From the NCBI GenBank assembly GCA_951406725.2, contig OX597818.1, forward strand, positions 101,928,001 through 101,992,000: DNA of 64,000 nt. The letters are read 5' to 3'. Both the position numbers and the translations under genes were made by a program. Of this stretch, positions 25,543-37,899 are shown piece after piece (within the stretch, counting starts at the first letter, position 1; each line of letters starts with the position of its first letter). The notes beneath the pieces are model-generated. The model worked only from the letters and a program-made list of their open reading frames with translations. It was not told the DNA's origin and did no database searches. This DNA comes from Octopus vulgaris (taxonomy: Eukaryota).

Positions 25543-26500
25543 TACGTATATGAAGTATATAAAATACATGTGTATTGCATATATATATAAATGTATTCAA
25601 TGTAACCATGTCTGTAGGATAAAAAGTTGGTAACATTCTTTATTCTAAGTAACTTCATTTTAATCACATGCTATATCTACATATCTTGCAGTAATTCCTG
25701 CTCCTATAGGCCGAGGGCCTGACATCTTACTGCAGAATCTGAAATGTTGAAATGTAAAGTCGACGTCGCCGGCTTTGTAAGTTAGAACATAAAACTAAAA
25801 GATACGCCGCTATGCATTCTGGCTTGTGTAATAAGGATTCTGCCACCTTGCCGCTTTAATCACAATGAAATACCATTATACGCCCTAATTATGTTCCAAA
25901 TAGTCTCCCAACATAAACTTTAAGTTTCACATGTCATAAATGATGGGTTTCATTACTGGTAATGATGACACTTTTAGAATTGAAGTACTTGACATGCCAG
26001 ACACTACATGTAAAAGATATGCTTTCTCGCCAGATTAACAAAACATGTCGGTGTTTCACGAAATATACCCCTCATATAAGTTACGTTTGAGTAGCGATTG
26101 TACAACAAAGAACGACTGTGGTCCACGCTATTTAGTACACAATTCTTGAAAATCACACTTCTATATCCGATCCATAAATGCAATGCCTCCATTCTCAGAC
26201 ATCTGTTCTATAACAAAACGGTCTCTGCTTCTCTATCCTGGCTAGTATTGTATAATTTCAGTTTATGTACAATCGCATCGCAATCTTCCGATTATCCTAT
26301 CACGTATTTTCTGTTCTACTTCAACGTAACGTAACAAATCACATAGGCCAGTTCTTCCATAGAGAACTCAGTATCTGATCTCACCTCTCTGTCTGCACTA
26401 TTTGTGTTTCTTCCATTTTTTTAGGTATTTGATTACAATAAATGGAGATGTACGTAATTGCATAGCAAGTGGCCTTGTCTGATGTCGTGTACTGGAGAGA

Positions 26501-26781
26501 AAACAATTACAGCGTGGAAGCTATTTATAAGCCATTTAAGAAACACACAAAAACCGTTAGATTCACTTCAACATTTAAATTTAATTTGCCAAAATATTTT
26601 CGTCGCTTTAAGACTGCGACCTGTTCACTGACAAAATTCCGTGCTGCATCTCAGTGAACAGGTCTCGGTCTGAAAGCGACGAAAATATTTTGGCAAATTA
26701 AATTTAAATGTTGAAGTGAATCTAACGGTTTATGTGTGTTTCTTAAATGGCTTATTAACACCTTCCACGCATCAATTGTTT
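26501..26781. repeat. Long inverted repeat (~130-bp arms, 19-nt spacer) of a hammerhead-bearing fragment
   Basis: 26501-26631 is the reverse complement of 26651-26781 with few mismatches. Confidence 0.92.
26585..26635 (-). ncRNA. Hammerhead ribozyme motif, G3-C8 variant
   Basis: Reverse strand: tttgtca-GTGAACA-g-gtcgc(agtcttaaa)gcgac-GAAA-atat-TT-tggcaaa. 7-bp stem I (one G-U pair), 5-bp stem II, palindromic stem III. Confidence 0.65.
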
Positions 26782-26930
26782 ACAATAAACGGATTGTGTT
26801 TCTTATCAATCTCTCCATTCAAAACGTACGATAAGTTGCAAAAGTTGTTTTAATAGCATACAGATATATATAACCATACAACAACAAACAGACATATGCA
26901 CAAACACTCGTTGATGCACCCCCCACACAC

Positions 26931-26983
<53 letters not shown>

Positions 26984-27037
26984 TGGTCACTTAACACGCA
27001 CGCACACACACAAGAACATGTAAATATGTAAGTTTAT

Positions 27038-27182
27038 AGGGGAGAATTCACAAAAAAAACAAAAGACGAAGACAGGTGGTGTAGAAAAACAGATGTATTA
27101 GTATAACGCTCGGGAATTGAAAAGGTCTTTAACGTTTCGAGCCTACGCTCTTCCACAGAAAGGAACACAGAAAGAAACAAGT
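27038..27182 (-). mobile_element. Short HHR-like element (CUGUGGAA family)
   Basis: Reverse strand 27127-27162: cttt-CTGTGGAA-gagc(gtag)gctc-GAAA-cg-TT-aaag. Homolog of 5632-5806. Confidence 0.65.
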
Positions 27183-27943
27183 TGTTTATATATGCATGTC
27201 TGTGCATATTGTGTTTAGAAGAGTAGTATTTTCATTCAGGAATTAGTGTATATTTTAATAGAAATACGCAAGCAAGATTTCAGTAAATTTCCAAATTTCG
27301 TAATATCAGTATATCTCTGTAATAGAAGTATACTAAGTGTCTGCAATATGAGTGTATGTTTGTTGATGTGTGTAATCACATGTCAACAACGTGAGATTTT
27401 CATGTAAAACATACTTTCTCTTGAGTCATTAAGATATTAATGCCGCAATGATCACTTTTATGCTAAGCATATAATTCATAGTTGACTTTTAAGTAGCAGA
27501 CAAGGCATTCTATAACCTTTATTGATTTTACTTCAATAAATATGTAAAACTGAATAGATTTACTTCTGAGAAAATATTACGAAAGAAAAAGAAATATCGT
27601 ATTTTGTTAAGCTAAAAAATAAATGTATTTATAGATCATGTCGTTTGTATTCTTGGATAAGTCCATTAGATTTATAGTCATTGAGCATTCAATGATATAG
27701 TCTATATATGGCATTTATTATAGTGCCGCATAAAATATTTTTACTTCTTAAAAATTAGATTTTCACTTTTTATTACATTTCGATTCTTTTCAGAAAATCG
27801 AAGCAATTTTCTTCCTATAATATTAAAATGTAGTACCGACAAGCGAAATTATATGAAATATTAAGAAAAAAAAATTATATATTTAGATTCGTGTTGCCTT
27901 TATCAGAGAGAAATTTCAAAACAGATAAACAGAATATACTTAC

Positions 27944-28100
27944 CTGCATCTAATGCAGTCTCCATATAATTCTCCTACAGAAATACAAGCAACTCGCCGA
28001 GCAATAGTCGATACCTAAGCAATGTTAAGTGAATAATCAATACTTACGACAAGAGACTTAATGTTTGGCAATGGAATTAACTTTACAAATATTCAAACAA
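27944..28100 (-). other. Candidate pair of small host exons (28048-28100 and 27944-27974) with a 73-nt intron
   Basis: Two gtaagt donors and two acceptors (ttttcag, tttctgtag). The second exon contains ATG GAG ACT GCA TTA GAT GCA G. No homology support. Confidence 0.25.
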
Positions 28101-28889
28101 CTGAAAATATAAAAATAAAAATTCTCAACGATGACCAGACTGAATTGTTGGTAATATAAACTTAACACTTTGTAAGCTTCCTATTCTCAACTTAGAATTA
28201 TTCACCGAAACGTCTAAATGGTGTTATCATATCAGTGGTATAGTAATTACATTTTTCTCTTATCTGTATGAAATGCAATATAGATATTTTTATGTACGCA
28301 TAAGAAATTTAGTCTGTGATAGTTTTCCAATGAGTTATACAATATAGTTTGGTACTTTTCAAAGTTTTAGATTTTATTATTAGTAATAAATAACGCATTA
28401 TGTAAAATCAAACTCTTTCAATCGTATCACACAATATTTCGTGAAATGTGTTTCTAGAAATTTAGTACTTACGTCAGCCATATTGGAAACGAAACTTTCC
28501 CTTTTCAAAAGTTTAAACATTTTTGCTACATATAAGCTGTCTGTTACTGTGCAGCAGTTGATACAAATATCGATTTTGCTGGAAATTCATTTTTCATTCT
28601 CTTGGTGGAAGACATTAAATGCAATTAGTGCATAATGTTGAATATACGTGCGTTGAGACTAGAGATGCATTTATAACAATATGGAATATATATATGTTTA
28701 TATAGTACATGCATGAGTTGAATACTTTAGCATATCGGTGGAATAGCATATAGACACAATGTTGTGTGAGATCCATGTTATAATTTGCGCAAACTCTAAA
28801 CCAACCGTACACATTCCCACTTTTTCCTATAAAGTTACAAAATTCTTTGTAATTGAATAATATATGTGTGTACAAACACTCACATACAC

Positions 28890-28930
<41 letters not shown>

Positions 28931-28995
28931 CTTGCATATATCTATGTTTGTATATATATATGTATGTATATGTATATATATATATATATATATAT

Positions 28996-29093
<98 letters not shown>

Positions 29094-30026
29094 TTTTATT
29101 CTTTTATTTGTTGCGGTCATGCTGGAGCATCCTCTTTAGTCGAACAGTTCTTCCTACATATTTCAATGATATTTTCCTGTTACTTAGATTTGCATTTATT
29201 CCGCTATTGCTCACCCCCAATCTTTCAGATCTGCACTACGTATTTGCAGCACTAGTGCATAGTACATTCCAAAATTAAACATTGGTTACCTAATATAAAA
29301 ATTTACTCCAATTACATGACAATGATACTGCTTATTTTTATTCTACTTATTCAGCAAACTGCATTTACACTTCAGTAACAGGCATTCAAAACCAAAATGT
29401 TGTACAGTAAGGGCTGTATGTCTGTTAATCGCCACGCATGCACAGAATATGTGGCAAATCCAATAAATACGTAATTCTTTATTCCACGAGGATGATTATA
29501 TTTTTTCTTTGCGATGCTAAGAAGGTTCTGGTTTAAGAGATACTATTTAATCACAGAATTATACAACCATGCAGTTTTGAGTACTTATAGGCTGCAAGAA
29601 ATCTGGTATATTGCAATTAATCTCTTTCAAGATTATCTCGGTAGAATTATCGGTAAATAGCATGCAAGGAGAGAAACCAATTCTGCTGCTTGTAACTACT
29701 CTAAAAGAGACTCTAGACAAGTGATGGAATTATCATTTTTTTTAGTGTTTCCTTAAAAATAATATATAATGGAATATAAAATACATAGCTGGAATGTATA
29801 AGTAAATGGGTGATAAAATTCAGTGAAAACTCATTCAAGTAGATATTAAGTAAATTGTAAATGAAAGACGTATCTGAAAAAGGAATTTGCGACACATGGA
29901 GTACTAAGGAGGACTTGTGGAGTACCTAACACTTCTGCAGTAAAATTACATACATATGCATATCTATGTTGACGATTTTCACTGAAGTCACAAATAACCT
30001 CTTAGTATATTGTGATTTAACATTTA

Positions 30027-30238
30027 AACGAGGGCTACTGAAAAGTTACTGGCATTTAAGAACATCAAGATAGGCCCGGTTGCAGGACCAGACTTACAAG
30101 TACTTTTACAGGGCTTAGGAACACTGAATAACCGCTGCAATAAGAGTGGGAATCTGAGAGGAAAATATGTTGAATACGACCACAATTAACTGAATCTACA
30201 GCATTTTCTTTTACCCGACTTTTCAGCACTCCATTGTA
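30027..30238 (+). mobile_element. Mariner-derived MITE
   Basis: TIR-like acgagggctactgaaaagt / acttttcagcactccattgta. Internal remnant of a mariner C-terminus (..NLRGKYVE). Related pieces at 35557-35701, ~50965-51110 and ~61130-61290. Confidence 0.7.
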
Positions 30239-31091
30239 CACATATATACCACTACTGTTGTGAGGAATAATATTTAATGACTAAGGAAGAAATAGCACTC
30301 CCACGTCCTTTTTCTATGTTTTTGCATTTTATTGTTTGTATATTCATTTCTCTGCTTTCTATGTCCAAAGCCATCCACACACATACAAGCGCACACACAC
30401 GGGTACTACATACAAACACATGCAATATAACGATAAATATATTCCTGTCTTCTTTCTGTGCAGACATACACACATAACCACACACACAAATAAAACGCCC
30501 ACTCACAAGAACACATGCGTAAGTATATACATAAATTTAAGCCTCAATATATAGATTCAGCTAAACTGGTCGTACTTGTAAAACAAAAGCTCCTTAATGT
30601 ATCATTTTTACGAAATAGAATATGAAGTGCGACATAAGAGGAAAAACGTAAGGAGTGTATAAAATTACAAATAAAGAGGAAAACAATATAATAAAAATTA
30701 TATTAACATTTGATATTCGTTTTGAACAATTCAATGTTGAAATAAATTTTATCACAGTATATTTCTCTTTTTATGATTTTAAATATCTGTGTGTATGTGT
30801 GTGTGTGTGTGTGCGTGTGTCGTATGTGCGCCTGTGTGTGTGTTTGTAAATGTGCATCGTTGTGTCCTTTCGCCAAGAACTTTAGTTTATAAACGTTCCA
30901 GAAGTGTCAGTTGTCACGTGTGCGACGTACAGATGCAATTCTGCAAAGGAATAGTTGCATTGGTTCTAACATAATTATACTTATGCTTTGAAACTATTTC
31001 CTGTAAAATAGCACAGGTGGTTTCTTTATAGTGCTCAAATCTTCGTGCCGCTCGTTCGCTCACTCTCTCCATCAATAGACGTAATCTTAAT

Positions 31092-31254
31092 AGGTGTAGG
31101 AGTGGTTGTGTGGTAAGTAGCTTGCTTACCAACCACATGGTTCCGGGATCAGTCCCACTGCGTGGCACCTTGGGTGAGTGTCTTCTAATGGAGCCTCGGG
31201 CCGACCAAAGCCTTTTGAGTGGAATTAGAAGACGAAAACTGAAAGAAGTACGTC

Positions 31255-31296
<42 letters not shown>

Positions 31297-31552
31297 ATGT
31301 GTGTGTGTGTGTGTGTGTATGTGTGTGTGTGTGTGTGTTTGCGTGTCTGTGTTTGTCCCCCCAACATCGCTTGACAACCGATGCTGGTGTGTTTCCGTCC
31401 CCGTAACTTAGCCATTCGGCAAAAGAGACCGATAGAATAAATACTAGGCTAATAAGGAATAAGTCCTGGGGTCGATTTGCTGGACTAAACGCGGTGCTCC
31501 AGCATGGCCACAGTCAAATGACTGAAATAATAAAAAAGAGTAAAAGAGTAAA
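31092..31552 (+). mobile_element. tRNA-derived SINE family B with internal (TA)n(TG)n microsatellite
   Basis: A box tggttgtgtggtaa, B-box-like ggatcagtcc, ccttggg..agtgtctt core, microsatellite 31256-31337, (taaaagag)n tail. Confidence 0.85.
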
Positions 31553-32431
31553 AGGTGCACTGTGTATCGTTTGACAAGTGCTTAAGTGATCGCAGAGCAA
31601 TGTGAGATGAAGTGTTTTGCGTAAGAACAGAACGAACTACTCGACCTAGGAATTAAAATCACAATCTAGCGATCGTGACTGCTGTACCCGAACCACTAAA
31701 CCAAGCGCCCTCATATTGTATGTATATGTTCCGATATCATTATCGATATACTATATGAATCACATCGTATATATCATAACAGTTTAGAAAAGCGTTAGGC
31801 GTCTAGATATACGAGGTTATGCTTCTGTGCATTTTTGATCGAGCGTAACTCGACACATTTTTAAATGTATTGTTTTGGTTCATATGTTTGCGAGAGCTAT
31901 ATTTCAGAGGAGATTACCTCTCGTCCAGAAAGTTCACAGAGGTCGAGCCTTCAGGGTTCACAAAGGTTAACTAATAATTTTTATTGATTTTTCAATTTTC
32001 TTACAAAAACAATGTTAAGAAGCCGTGCTGAACAGAAGTATTTCGGGATTCAGTAACGAAATGTGCAGAGAAAGAGAAAAAATAAAACTAATCCTAAATT
32101 GATTTTTTCCGCCCTAAATAACTTGTTTGGGAATATATTATAATCAATAATTCATTAGTGTCTGTTAGTATGTAAACTTTTATCTGTACATAGACACATA
32201 TCTGCCTGAACATACATACATACACATGCATCAACTTTTATGCATATGTTTAATGCGTACACGCCTCTAGTGATTTTAACCTTAATTTTGCCCTCTCGCT
32301 GTCATTACACGCGCGCGCGCACTCCCGCGAACTCAATCACATAGTCATGCATACACAAATACGCATACGCAAGTGTTACGCGCAAACTCGTATGTACTCA
32401 CATACATATATGACAGTCAAGCAAATATACA

Positions 32432-32466
<35 letters not shown>

Positions 32467-32509
32467 ATCTATGTATCTATCTATCTGTATATTTATTTAT
32501 CTATATATC

Positions 32510-32570
<61 letters not shown>

Positions 32571-32789
32571 ATCTATCCTCGCCACTACCGCTTGCTTACT
32601 TTCCTGTATCTTAACGGCTCATCAGAAAAGAGAACAATTGAAGAAGTACCAGGCTTCGTAAAAAAATGTTGTACTGGGTTCAATACGTTCAACTGAAACT
32701 TTTTCAAGATTTTTCTCCAGCGTGACCGCTGTCTAATGACTGATAGAATTGAAAGCTAAAAGATATATTTGAATTCCACAATTGCAAAT

Positions 32790-33013
32790 GTGACCACGTG
32801 TGTACCGTTGGCGATTTTTTTCCTCCCTTCTCTAGATCTTTCTTTTTCCTCCCTTCTCTAGATCTTTCCTTTTCCTATGTTTCTGACGAAGAGCTCCGCT
32901 CGAAGCGTTGAACTCTCCTTCTTCCCTTCCTTCATGAGCGTCCAATAATACTATATTTGTTACACGTTCTCTCATTGTTGCGTTTTCTCTTTGTGTTTTC
33001 ATGTTTGGATTGA
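32790..33013 (+). mobile_element. Second copy of the short HHR element (motif 32879-32913)
   Basis: gttt-CTGACGA-a-gagc(tcc)gctc-GAAg-cg-TT-gaac. Homologous to 21855-22031; ends in (TA)n. Confidence 0.7.
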
Positions 33014-33036
33014 CTATATATATATACACACAGTGA

Positions 33037-33362
33037 AGGCGCATGGCTCAGTGGTTAGAGCGGTCGAGCTTACGATCGTGAGGTTGTGAATTCGAAACCC
33101 GGACCGGGCTGCGTGTTGTGTTATTGAGCAAGACACTTTATTTCACATTGCTCCAGTTCACTCAGCTGTAGAAATGAGTTGCGACGTCACAGGCGTCAAG
33201 CTGTAGCGGCCGTTGCTTTTCCCTTGGATAACGCTGGTGGCGTGGAGAGGAGAGGCCGGTATGCATGGGCGACTGCTGGTCTTCCATAAACAAACTTGCC
33301 CGGACTTTTAACTGGGAGGGTAATTCTCTAGCTGCAATCCTATGGTCATTCATGACCGAAGA
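33037..33362 (+). mobile_element. tRNA-derived SINE family C (CORE/V-like central region)
   Basis: A box tggctcagtggtta, B box gaattcgaaaccc, core ttgagcaagacacttt...ctcagctgtagaaatg. Confidence 0.85.
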
Positions 33363-33541
33363 GTATCTCAGCATATATGCATACATATATATATGTGTGT
33401 GTGTCTGTGTGTACGTGTGTGTATGTATGTGTGCGGGTGTATAAAAAGAGATAGATAGATGGATAGATAGATAGGTAGATAGATGGATGGGTAGAGGGAT
33501 AGTTAGATAGATGGATGGATAGACAGATAGATAGATAGACG

Positions 33542-33629
<88 letters not shown>

Positions 33630-33958
33630 TATAGCCAGACAGTTACAGGCAATCAATCTCATACTTATTTTGAATTTCGTCTTTTTCATATGAATTTCCA
33701 ATACATGACTGAAGATATTTTGACACTAACTTTTCAGAAGGCAAAAACAAAAATACGTTCGCGCATGAAAACATCAATATATAACTTATACAGAGTTAAA
33801 ATAAAGCATGCATGGAGATAAATGTATGAGGGATTAAAAAGAAATCAATGTGATGTACTAGCTAATAATACATGGCTTTCAACTCTAACCAACTGCTACT
33901 GCTGAGCCGCTAACTTACAGGAAAGTTAGCACGCGGTAGCGGCGAGGACAGATACACA

Positions 33959-34041
<83 letters not shown>

Positions 34042-34047
<6 letters not shown>

Positions 34048-34625
34048 ACAATTGAGGGTAAAATTAATTAATCAATTTCACCATCCTTTTACATACTGAA
34101 CACTTGGTGAAATTGATTAATTAATTTTACCCTCAATTGTTGATATTATAATTCATTTCTCTCTGTCATACTGCCTCGGTTCTCGCGGTTAAAATATAAT
34201 GTTTGCTAGATAGACCACGTGGGTGGAAAAGGAGTGCAGAATTTTACGCCTGCGCATTTTGAATTTGTTGGCACTGGCAGTCGGAGCTGGTTCATCTGAA
34301 GCGACAAGTTCGCCGATTGGTAAAGTTCCTTCTTTTTAGTGTTTCCAAATCCAAATTAAGAAATTTTGAGCTGACGATAGAAATGCTGATTTTATTTGGC
34401 TAATCTTGAAACGTTGACGTACTCAAACGATCTATGTACTTGTGATATTTTTCTGTATTTACCTCCAAACCTTCGTGAGCTGTCTGGAGTAAACATTAAC
34501 TGAGAGAAATTTTCTTTAAGTAGTAGAAATGGCAAAAAAAAATTTTTGGGGGCTGCTATTTCTACTAAGTTCAGTATGTGGCAAAGTAATTTATTTTACT
34601 AAGCCCTAATTATATAATGTAATAT
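34042..34625 (+). mobile_element. TA-flanked PLE-like remnant with 5' inverted repeat and hammerhead
   Basis: Perfect 42-bp inverted repeat 34042-34083/34105-34146; HHR at 34365-34427; (TA)n on both sides. Confidence 0.7.
34365..34427 (+). ncRNA. Type I hammerhead ribozyme with canonical core
   Basis: tttgag-CTGACGA-(30-nt imperfect stem II)-GAAA-cgt(tg)acg-TA-ctcaaa. 6-bp stem I, GUA cleavage triplet. Confidence 0.72.
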
Positions 34626-35556
34626 TTTGAATTATATATATATATATATATATATATATGATCCTTGAAAACTATTAATTGCGTTCGTATAAGTAATAAT
34701 ATTGAAGGACTATTCCACATATTCGTCACAAAAGTGAAAGAATGAAATATGACCGTAAGGAACATGTTTTGAACAAAAGCAAATTTTCCATATCAGACGG
34801 CAGAAAATATATTCCAGATTGCTGAGAAGACAAAATAATTGCCAACTCAGTACCTCTGGACATACTGGCTTCAAATTTTGGCACAAGCTCAGCCAATTCT
34901 GAGGAGGGGATATTTTGATTGCATCGACTTCAGTACTCAACTGGTTTTTATTTTGTCGATACTGAATGGATAATAAGAAAAACTGACCTCAGCGAAATTG
35001 GAACTCAGAAAGTGAAGACGAACGAAATGCCGCTTAGAATTCTACCCTGCCAAGTAACAATTCGGCCAACGTGCTGCCTTGCTATTTATAACATATTGAT
35101 GTCTAGAATGATCTCACCACATTGAGTGTATCCATGCCAAAGCTTTCGTATTTACCTGTCTATATTAATGCACCCAAAAGTTCAATATGTTCTTAACACA
35201 CTGTTGTCACGAGAGGAAACGTTGTTCACCAATGACGTACATCGACTGCCATATTTTGCGTCTCACATTATCATTACTGCTTATCTCTTCGATAAAGATC
35301 TTTTGGTAACAGAAGGACATATATAAATTGATCACAAAATTCCAAAGGTGTGTATTTTAGCATGGACACAGTCCAAACACTGAATCCTGCAAAATTAAAC
35401 ATGAAATAAATAAAGTAAATAAATCTGTAGACTGAGCAATGAGTTCTTTAGTCAAGCTGCATGTAAGTGTAGTGAAGTTGCAGTAATTAGATTCAAAATT
35501 GGCCTTTATCTTGATCCTCACAGATAACAACGAGTTATCCTAGATAAACCCAATTG

Positions 35557-35701
35557 TACGAGGGAGCGCTGAAAAGTTCTTCACTTTGGGTTAATCAAAA
35601 TACAGGAGGATCAGGTAATTATATTGTTTCATTCTCATCTCAGATTCACGTAATGACTGCAGCGATCATTATAGTCAGGAACCTTTCAGCACCTCCTTGT
35701 A
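35557..35701 (+). mobile_element. Mariner-derived MITE, short form
   Basis: TA-cgagggagcgctgaaaagttct ... aggaacctttcagcacctccttg-TA. Confidence 0.7.
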
Positions 35702-35988
35702 CCTCTTCAAATCTCTCTCTACGTGAATTGTGTGATATAGAGTGCTCTATACAGTGTATAAGAACACCAGTGATCTCCGTAGCTTCTGCGATTTTATTCT
35801 TTTATATAATTAATAAAGAGACACGTGAATTAACAATAAGATTTATAAAATTTGCCATTTCCCCATATTACACGAGAACATCTTGCATAAGCGCCAACAG
35901 ATAAGATTTAAAAACGGAATCCATCATAAACTCCTATGAGAATATACAATGACAATGTTTTGGAAATGGTAAGAAATAGCCAATGAAA

Positions 35989-36599
35989 GGCGGAGAGCTG
36001 GCAGAAACGTTAGCACGTCGGGCGAAATGCTTAGCGGTATTTCGTCTGCCGTTACATTCTGAGTTCAAATTCCACCGAGGTCGACTTTACCTTTCATCCT
36101 TTCGGGGTCGAAAAATTAAGTACCAGTTACGCACTGGGGTCGATGTAATCGACTTAATACCTATGTCTGTCCTTGTTTGTCCCCTCTACGTTTAGCCCCT
36201 TGTGGGTAATAAAGAAATAGGTATTTTGTCTGCGTTACGTTGTGAGTTCAAATTCCGCCGAGGTCGACTTTGCCTTTCATCCTTTCGGGGTCGATAAATT
36301 AAGTACCAGTTACGCACTTGGGTCGATGTAATCGACTTAATACCTATGTCTGTCCTTGTTTGTCCCCTCTGTGTTTAGCCTGTGTTTAGCCCCTTGTGGG
36401 TAATAAAGAAATAGGTATTTTGTCTGCCGTTAAGTTCTGAGTTCAAATTCCGCCGAGGTCGATTTTGCCTTTCATCCTTTCGGTGTCGATAAATTAAGTA
36501 CCAGTTACAAACTGGGGTCGAGATAATCGACTGAATCCGTTTGTCTGTCCTTGTTTGTCCTCTCTATGTTTAGCCCCTCGTGGGCTGAAAAGAAATAAG
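35989..36599 (+). mobile_element. SINE family A, tandem trimer
   Basis: One head plus three units, restarting at 36220 and 36414. Confidence 0.88.
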
Positions 36600-37281
36600 A
36601 ATTACCCAATAATTGGCCGTGATTTGAAATATTTTGTAACAAGTTTTGCAGCAAATATGTTTCAATTCATCGTATATACGGCAAAATATTCTAATTCAGC
36701 GGCGTAGCATTCATTGTAATTAAATATAAATTCCAACTGCTTTTGTCAGTTCCGTGTATTTAGTAAATCAATTAGAGGCGTTGCAATAGTTATTAATAAT
36801 ATGAGGATATAAATCATACAACGCTGTTTACATAAGGCGTTAGATGTAATGTCAATAAACTTGTGTCAAACAATTTTTTAAAAAATTGTTTCTTTACTTT
36901 TTGTTGAACTTATCGCTGATGAATGAGAAATTAGGGGAGAATTATTCATCATAAATTTTATTGTGGCGGAAAATAAAATACAAACATAGTTAATAAAAAA
37001 AAATCATTTTCTAATGAACCAAAATAATTTTCGTTCAGATAAATTTTGATTTTCATGTATGTCACGAAATTAAATAATGTATGGTTCTTCGAGAATTTGT
37101 CGATGTGTCATGCGTTTATTTATCATAAGTATTAAAAAGCACATTGAAGGAAAACCGAGATATTCTAGGAAGGAAAGTTCGAATACATCTCAGTGTATTT
37201 CGTTATTCATTTTACGCTTCCTCATCGGCGAAAAATACACACAGATGTGTACACACTCCTAGGCACACAAAACAAATCACT

Positions 37282-37317
<36 letters not shown>

Positions 37318-37339
37318 CACACATATATATATATATATA

Positions 37340-37812
37340 TAATTCCCTTACGGGACTGTCACGTGAAGTTAACAGTATAGAACCACTCTATCGCTCCACC
37401 ACCGCACATATCTCGATGAGATATTTAGAAATTTAATATTTCTGATTTTGGTGATCAGTGAATAAACTTCACTGTAAAATATATATATATATATATATTT
37501 ACGAAGTCTAGACAAATGTCTTCAGCTAGCAAACCTTTGCTACTCTAGACTGATGATGGGCAAGACCCAGACATATGCATGTCTCTAGATGCAATCCTAG
37601 CTGTTGGGGGTGTTTGTCTCCCCTTCGTAAATATATGAGGACACAGGAAATGTGTCAAGGCTGACAGGAAGCGTCGATGCTTCCTAGGGCTAAACAGCGG
37701 TGGTGTAATTCCCTTACGGGACTGTCACGTTAAGTTGACAGTATACAACCACTCTATCGCTCCAACACCGCACATATCTCTACGAGATATTTAGAAATTT
37801 AATATTTCTGAT
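37340..37812 (+). mobile_element. TA-flanked partial-tandem element with degenerate hammerhead (37545-37588)
   Basis: ~107-bp direct repeat 37340-37446/37706-37812. ctaga-CTGATGA-tggg(caaga)ccca-GA[AA missing]-cat(atgc)atg-TC-tctag. Confidence 0.65.
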
Positions 37813-37813
37813 A

Positions 37814-37893
<80 letters not shown>

Positions 37894-37899
37894 GAAATG

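Noticed and set aside
31890-31940. Minus-strand HHR-like string CTGGACGA-gagg..cctc-tGAAA
   Set aside because: No stem I or stem III pairing, and an insertion in the core.
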